From positions 1,678-65,677 of the forward strand of contig CAMVAF010000003.1 of the NCBI GenBank assembly GCA_947165365.1: a stretch of DNA of 64,000 nucleotides, given 5' to 3'. The position numbers and the translations under genes were made by a program. The stretch is from an uncultured Clostridia bacterium (GTDB taxonomy: Bacteria; Bacillota_I; Bacilli_A; RF39; UBA660). The notes beneath the pieces are model-generated. The model was not told where the DNA came from and made no database searches. It saw only the letters and a list, made by a program, of their open reading frames with translations. This document shows positions 59,699 through 64,000 of the stretch, one piece after another. Numbering within the stretch: position 1 is the first letter of the stretch; every line of letters begins with the position of its first letter.

Positions 59699-60067
59699 TT
59701 ATTTTTTTACAATATTATTCAAACTACTTATTGTTTTTACTAAACGTTTATTAATTTCTTCTAATCGTTCTATTTCATGATGATTATCTAAAAGTATATT
59801 TTTTATCTTTTTTAAATAATCAATTGGTCTCATCATATAATCAGTACCATAGATAATCATTCCATTAGCACATTCATATTCTTTACCATCGTCCCCAATT
59901 ACTTTATATATCCAAACATAAAATGGATCCTTTTTATATGTTAAATTTTTAGATTTATAACTATATATAATTGTACCCATAATAAAGTCATTTTCACTTT
60001 GTTCATAAATATCAGAAACATTTCGAAAGATTAATACTTTTTCACCATTCTTTAGTCTTTCTTCCAT
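59699..60067 (-). CDS. hypothetical protein
   Basis: ORF-track frame. The most plausible start is the internal ATG at 60067. No motif recognised. Confidence 0.45.
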   Translation of the reverse strand: MEERLKNGEKVLIFRNVSDIYEQSENDFIMGTIIYSYKSKNLTYKKDPFYVWIYKVIGDDGKEYECANGMIIYGTDYMMRPIDYLKKIKNILLDNHHEIERLEEINKRLVKTISSLNNIVKK

Positions 60068-60120
60068 AATAACCCCACTTGAAAACATATTATACCACAA
60101 AAAAAGATATTTGCATATCT

Positions 60121-62160
60121 TTAATTGGTTATTTCTTTAAAATAATTATATTTTAATACTAAATCATTCTTCTTAACTAAATAATCTACATAACTATTTT
60201 TTTCTTCTAATAAGTCATGATTAATCTTTTTATTATTTTTCACTTCTCCATCTTCTACATAATATGTTCCATCATACCATGACATATCAGGAAATATAGC
60301 AATAGGCTTATAATCATTTGCAAAAACATCTTTTCCTAAATACCATTTTTCATTATAATTAACACCCATTAAATTCAAAAACGTAGGTAAAATATTAAGT
60401 GGTGTAGTAACTTTATTAACCTCTTCCTTCTTCATACCAGCACTCCAAATAAACAATGGTGTATGATTAATCAAATTAGTATCAATATCTTTCCCATGTT
60501 TTTTTAATATTTCATTATCAGATACAGTATATAAATAATGATCCCCATAAACAAAAATTATTGTATTATTATATAAACCATTATCTTTTAAACCTTTAAG
60601 TAATAAACCAACCATATTATCCGTTTCTTTAGCTTGTCTCTTAATACAGTCTACTTCATCATACTTAAGATTTTCAAGAAATACCATTTGTTCATCAGTA
60701 TCCATTTTCTCTAATTTCTTTTCATAATCTTTTTTTAATAATTGATGACAAACACCCTTGCTTGAATCAAATGGTAAATGATTACTATAACTAATAATAT
60801 AATTAATAAATTTACCAGTATTTTTAAACATTTCATCATAAAAAGTTTTATTTAAAACAAGTTCTCTATCTAACTGATATGAATTATCATCATAATCACC
60901 TAAATCTTTTAAACCCAAATAATTATCATATCCCCAATTAGAATAATTAATACCTCTGCTATAATACTCTCTCGTATTCATATGAAAAGCTTTAATACCA
61001 TAATCATGTTGTTTCATTAAATTTGCCATAGAATAAGGAAAATCATTCTTATTCAAAGTATATGCATTCATTGGATATGTAAAAGGAGTAGTATAACCAA
61101 CATTTACCATAAATTCTGAATTAAAAGTACTACCACCACCAGTATAAAAAGAATAATGTTTCTTAAAGTTAATAGAATTATCAATAAGTTTGTATGTATT
61201 AGGCATTATATCTTTTGTCAAAATCCAATCATCAATTCCTTCAAGTTGTAAAAATATTACATTCTTACCCTTAAATTTACCAGTATATTTATTTTTATGA
61301 AAACTATCATTATTATTACTAAACACTTCACTTAAGAAATTATTTTCTGTATCACTTTTTTTCTCTTCCCCTTTTAAATAATTAATATAAAAATCTCTTA
61401 CTGTATATTCATATATTCCCGTAATACTAAAACATTTATTACTATCATTAAAATTATTATATACATTTCTAGGATTTTTCCATGTATCCCATGTAAGTTC
61501 CACATTAGCAGAACCTAAAAACATCTTACTTACAACATGAAGAATCAAAAAAACAACAGAAACTTTAATTAATTTTTTCTTATTATAAGATGTTCTTTTA
61601 GGATATTTTTTTATTGCCAAAATATAAATTACTATCAAAATAACCGCAACAATATACACAAAAATATTAGTATTCTTTAAAGCGTCTAAGAAATAATCAC
61701 TACCTTCACCAGCTAAAGCCATCAAAGAAAAACTAAAATAATTATGCATTGTTCCATAATAAACAGATTGAACTAAATATAAAATAAAGAAAATAAAGAA
61801 ACATCCACTATAGAATATTTTTCCATATCTCTTTTTTATATTTATAGATATTCCAATTATCAAAATAATATAAGCAACCGAAAATAATCTAGGAGTAATT
61901 TTAAACAAACTATAAAAACTAACATCATAGCCAAAAATTCTTGTTGCAATATCAATAATCATAAATGGTAAAGCCAACAAAAGTATATTAAAAACATTAT
62001 TTTTAAGACAATAATTCCATAAACTTATTGACCATCCTTTAATTTTTTTCATTTTTCCTTTTTCTTTAAAGAAAGATTTTAATTCATCCTTAAACCTTGC
62101 AAAACCCTTCTTAACTCTTTTTCTTTTATTAATAACATTATCCTTTATTTTTACAATCAT
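60121..62160 (-). CDS. LTA-synthase-family (sulfatase-fold) membrane protein
   Basis: Multi-TM N-terminal half plus an extracellular sulfatase-like domain (NVIFLQLEGID, GGGSTFNSEF, YGDHY). ATG at 62160 lies downstream of the promoter below. Confidence 0.75.
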   Translation of the reverse strand: MIVKIKDNVINKRKRVKKGFARFKDELKSFFKEKGKMKKIKGWSISLWNYCLKNNVFNILLLALPFMIIDIATRIFGYDVSFYSLFKITPRLFSVAYIILIIGISINIKKRYGKIFYSGCFFIFFILYLVQSVYYGTMHNYFSFSLMALAGEGSDYFLDALKNTNIFVYIVAVILIVIYILAIKKYPKRTSYNKKKLIKVSVVFLILHVVSKMFLGSANVELTWDTWKNPRNVYNNFNDSNKCFSITGIYEYTVRDFYINYLKGEEKKSDTENNFLSEVFSNNNDSFHKNKYTGKFKGKNVIFLQLEGIDDWILTKDIMPNTYKLIDNSINFKKHYSFYTGGGSTFNSEFMVNVGYTTPFTYPMNAYTLNKNDFPYSMANLMKQHDYGIKAFHMNTREYYSRGINYSNWGYDNYLGLKDLGDYDDNSYQLDRELVLNKTFYDEMFKNTGKFINYIISYSNHLPFDSSKGVCHQLLKKDYEKKLEKMDTDEQMVFLENLKYDEVDCIKRQAKETDNMVGLLLKGLKDNGLYNNTIIFVYGDHYLYTVSDNEILKKHGKDIDTNLINHTPLFIWSAGMKKEEVNKVTTPLNILPTFLNLMGVNYNEKWYLGKDVFANDYKPIAIFPDMSWYDGTYYVEDGEVKNNKKINHDLLEEKNSYVDYLVKKNDLVLKYNYFKEITN

Positions 62161-62182
62161 ACTGCCACCACTTCTCTTACAC

Positions 62183-62211
62183 ATTATACTATTTATATAA
62201 AAAAAAATCAA
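62183..62211 (-). promoter_or_regulatory. sigma-A-type promoter for the LtaS-like gene
   Basis: On the minus strand: TTGATT (62211..62206), a 17-nt spacer, then TATAAT (62188..62183). Confidence 0.55.
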
Positions 62212-62230
62212 TATTCACTGATAATGAATA

Positions 62231-62377
62231 CCAATTTCAAGTTTAAAGAAAATCTAGAATTACATTTTAAGTAATAACATAAATATTATCAGTATTTACG
62301 CCAGAGATTATCATTTAGAGTATCTTCTCTCAAAACAATTGTTGTACTTAGTGGCTGACAAAAAAATCTTTCTTACC
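62231..62377. repeat. intergenic repeat, copy A
   Basis: It shares with copy B the 19/19 core AAATATTATCAGTATTTAC (62281-99). It also shares TTATCATTTxGAG, a CAAACAATTGTT palindrome-containing block and a TTTCTTACC end. Confidence 0.6.
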
Positions 62378-62523
62378 CCATAAAGAGAGAATAAATAATT
62401 ATAGAGTCCATTAAATTGTAATTATTTATCCAACTTTATCATACTAAGTAATTACATTATACTATAAAAATAAAGTTATTTCAATATAAAAATAAACAAA
62501 AAAAGATATCCTCTGATAAAGAA

Positions 62524-62702
62524 CATCATTTCGAGTTTAGAAAAAGTTGTAACAGTTAGTATTAACATCGACAGTTAACACAAAACTTAAAATAAATATT
62601 ATCAGTATTTACTACAACATCTTATCATTTGAGTTTTCTTTCTCACAAACAATTGTTTTGTCTTGAGGCGATAATGACTACACAAAAGTAGTTTTTCTTA
62701 CC
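62524..62702. repeat. intergenic repeat, copy B (diverged, with small insertions)
   Basis: The core lies at 62594-62612. Block order is the same as in copy A, about 300 bp away and in direct orientation. Confidence 0.6.
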
Positions 62703-62734
62703 AACAAATACAAATAAAATGATAGAAACCTACA

Positions 62735-62878
62735 GTACCTAAATAAAAGGTACAGCTATTAAAAAATAGCAAATAGTCACAACGGACTATACACAAAACG
62801 GTAAACATACCGTAAGAATATCAACAAGGATATTCCAATAGTTCAACAAAGGAACTACAAGATTCTAATAAAAGAATC
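62735..62878. other. array of five short stem-loops with A-rich loops (possible structured RNA or protein-binding platform)
   Basis: GTACC-UAAAUAAAA-GGUAC (62735-53); ACGG-UAAACAUA-CCGU (62798-813); GAAUAUC-AACAAG-GAUAUUC (62816-35); UAGUUC-AACAAAG-GAACUA (62839-57); GAUUC-UAAUAAAA-GAAUC (62861-78). Confidence 0.3.
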
Positions 62879-63042
62879 AAAAAACAAAAAGTAGATTTAA
62901 CTATCTTGGTACTTATTATTATCAAGACACTACTATTATATGCTATTTTTTTTAAAAATGCAATACTTTTTTTAAAATTTTTTTATTTTTTTTAAAATTT
63001 AATTTTTTTTAAAGAAATTAGATAAAAAAATAATAAAAATCA

Positions 63043-63071
63043 TTGACATCAATAATATAAACATGTATAAT
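63043..63071 (+). promoter_or_regulatory. consensus sigma-A promoter for tRNA-Ala
   Basis: TTGACA (63043-48), a 17-nt spacer, then TATAAT (63066-71). It is preceded by about 100 bp of T8/A4 tracts. The tRNA starts 21 nt after the -10 element. Confidence 0.7.
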
Positions 63072-63091
63072 CTTAATTGCAAGTCGAAATT

Positions 63092-63167
63092 GGGGCATTA
63101 GCTCAGCTGGGAGAGCGTCACGTTTGCACCGTGAAGGTCAGCGGTTCGATCCCGCTATGCTCCACCA
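63092..63167 (+). tRNA. tRNA-Ala (anticodon UGC), CCA encoded
   Basis: GGGGCAUUAGCUCAGCUGGGAGAGC.. The anticodon loop UUUGCAC gives UGC. G3:U70 lies in the acceptor stem, GGUUCGAUCC forms the T-arm, and the 3' end is ACCA. Confidence 0.95.
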
Positions 63168-63177
63168 TTTTGATATT

Positions 63178-63203
63178 AACTAACAGAAATGTTAGTTTTT
63201 TTG
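63178..63203 (+). terminator. rho-independent terminator after the tRNA
   Basis: AACTAACA-GAAA-TGTTAGTT followed by a T-run. Confidence 0.7.
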
Positions 63204-63228
63204 TTAAAAAAAAATACTAAAAAGTATT

Positions 63229-63777
63229 TTAAATTTCACGATATAAATTTTTATTTTTAAAAGGATTTTCTTTATCAATTCTATCAACAAACAAAATACC
63301 ATTTAAATGATCAAGTTCATGCTGAAAAGCAATTGCTAACTCTTCTCTTCCTCTAACTCTTATTTTATTACCATCCATATCATATGCTTCCAATGTAACT
63401 CTAGCACTTCTTGGAACAATTCCTACTGTTTCTCTATTAATTGAAAGACATCCTTCCCCTTCACCAACATAAATCATTTCTTCACTTGATGAAACTATTT
63501 TAGGATTTATTAAAACATAATTGTCAAATTTCCCCTCATCATATTCGTGAACAACAACAAAATATCTTTTTTTAATACCAAGTTGAATAGCAGCAAGTCC
63601 CATACCTGGTCTTAAATCATATTTTTCTGCAAGTTCAGGTATTTGACTATTTGTAAGCATCTCTATAATATCATTAATAGTTTTTTTATCTTCCTTAGAT
63701 AAAGGAAATGTAACATCTTCACTTTTTTCTCTTAATATTTTCTCTTTTTCATCTAAGATATCACTCATTTTTAACAT
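63229..63777 (-). CDS. def: peptide deformylase
   Basis: Motifs GLAAIQLG, EGCLS and HELDHLNG. RBS AGGTGAAG. Confidence 0.93.
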   Translation of the reverse strand: MLKMSDILDEKEKILREKSEDVTFPLSKEDKKTINDIIEMLTNSQIPELAEKYDLRPGMGLAAIQLGIKKRYFVVVHEYDEGKFDNYVLINPKIVSSSEEMIYVGEGEGCLSINRETVGIVPRSARVTLEAYDMDGNKIRVRGREELAIAFQHELDHLNGILFVDRIDKENPFKNKNLYREI

Positions 63778-63829
63778 ACTTCTTCACCTGCCGTTAATTA
63801 TATCACAAAACAAGAAAAAAAGAAAGTTT

Positions 63830-63859
63830 ATTGACTATTTATCATATATATTGTATGAT
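63830..63859 (+). promoter_or_regulatory. possible sigma-A promoter
   Basis: TTGACT (63830-35), an 18-nt spacer, then TATGAT (63854-59). Confidence 0.4.
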
Positions 63860-63884
63860 TTAATTAATAAAAAAGGAGAGAAAT

Positions 63885-64000
63885 ATGGATATAATATCAT
63901 TAATATTAATATTATTAGCTACTTTAATTTCAGGTGGTGCATCATTATTCATTAGAATAAACTACAAAAAATATAAACAAATTAATCTAAATAAAAAAAT
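63885..64000 (+). CDS. partial ORF (5' end), possibly YugP-type membrane zinc metallopeptidase
   Basis: ATG at 63885 follows AAAAGGAGAG. MDIISLILILLATLISGGASLFIRINYKKYKQINLNKK resembles the TM helix + xxFxKY start of the YugP family. Only 38 codons are visible. Confidence 0.35.
   Translation, partial: MDIISLILILLATLISGGASLFIRINYKKYKQINLNKK

Noticed and set aside
62941-63040. Run of T7-8/A3-5 tracts (TTTTTTTTAAAA-type) that looks like a repeat element
   Set aside because: These are simple phased A/T tracts immediately upstream of the consensus tRNA-Ala promoter. They are most simply explained as curved-DNA/UP-element-like sequence, not a distinct genetic element.
63206-63230. Terminator for def on the minus strand (AAAAUAC..GUAUUUU hairpin + U-run)
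   Set aside because: It is an AT-only 7-bp stem overlapping the stop codon, which is too weak to annotate confidently. The tRNA terminator hairpin nearby may serve both directions.

Overview
AT-rich chromosomal window from a low-GC Gram-positive bacterium. This assignment is an inference from strong GGAGG-type RBSs, a sortase with a cell-wall sorting signal substrate, an LTA-synthase-like gene, a T-box leader and standard-code ORFs. Housekeeping blocks are nrdD-nrdG, the str operon rpsL-rpsG-fusA-tuf, a Tyr T-box leader driving deoC-tyrS, rplM-rpsI, def, tRNA-Ala(UGC), two ABC systems, an aquaporin and an LtaS-type synthase. The left edge shows transfer and decay signals: an archaeal-type SAM synthetase, a uvrB stub of 88 codons and an amidohydrolase remnant. 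The dominant feature is a ~24-kb, 19-gene accessory locus (19329..43219) wedged between rpsL and the tyrS operon. It has two modules, each with one catalytically intact SipW-type signal peptidase and one SipW-shaped paralog lacking the Ser/His dyad. It also encodes about nine exported proteins with SipW-cognate (TasA/CalY-like) N-termini, including a 3138-aa ricin-lectin/beta-helix giant. Embedded in the same operon are a membrane-anchored McrB-family NTPase and a McrC/DUF2357-like partner with no visible nuclease motif. I cannot match this combination to a described system, so it is the main novelty candidate. A second surface locus (52571..58414) encodes a thioester-domain/CnaB adhesin with a VPKTG signal, a sortase and an unusually Cys-rich secreted protein. 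No transposase, integrase, CRISPR array or rRNA gene was seen. All family assignments come from motif reading by eye, not from searches.
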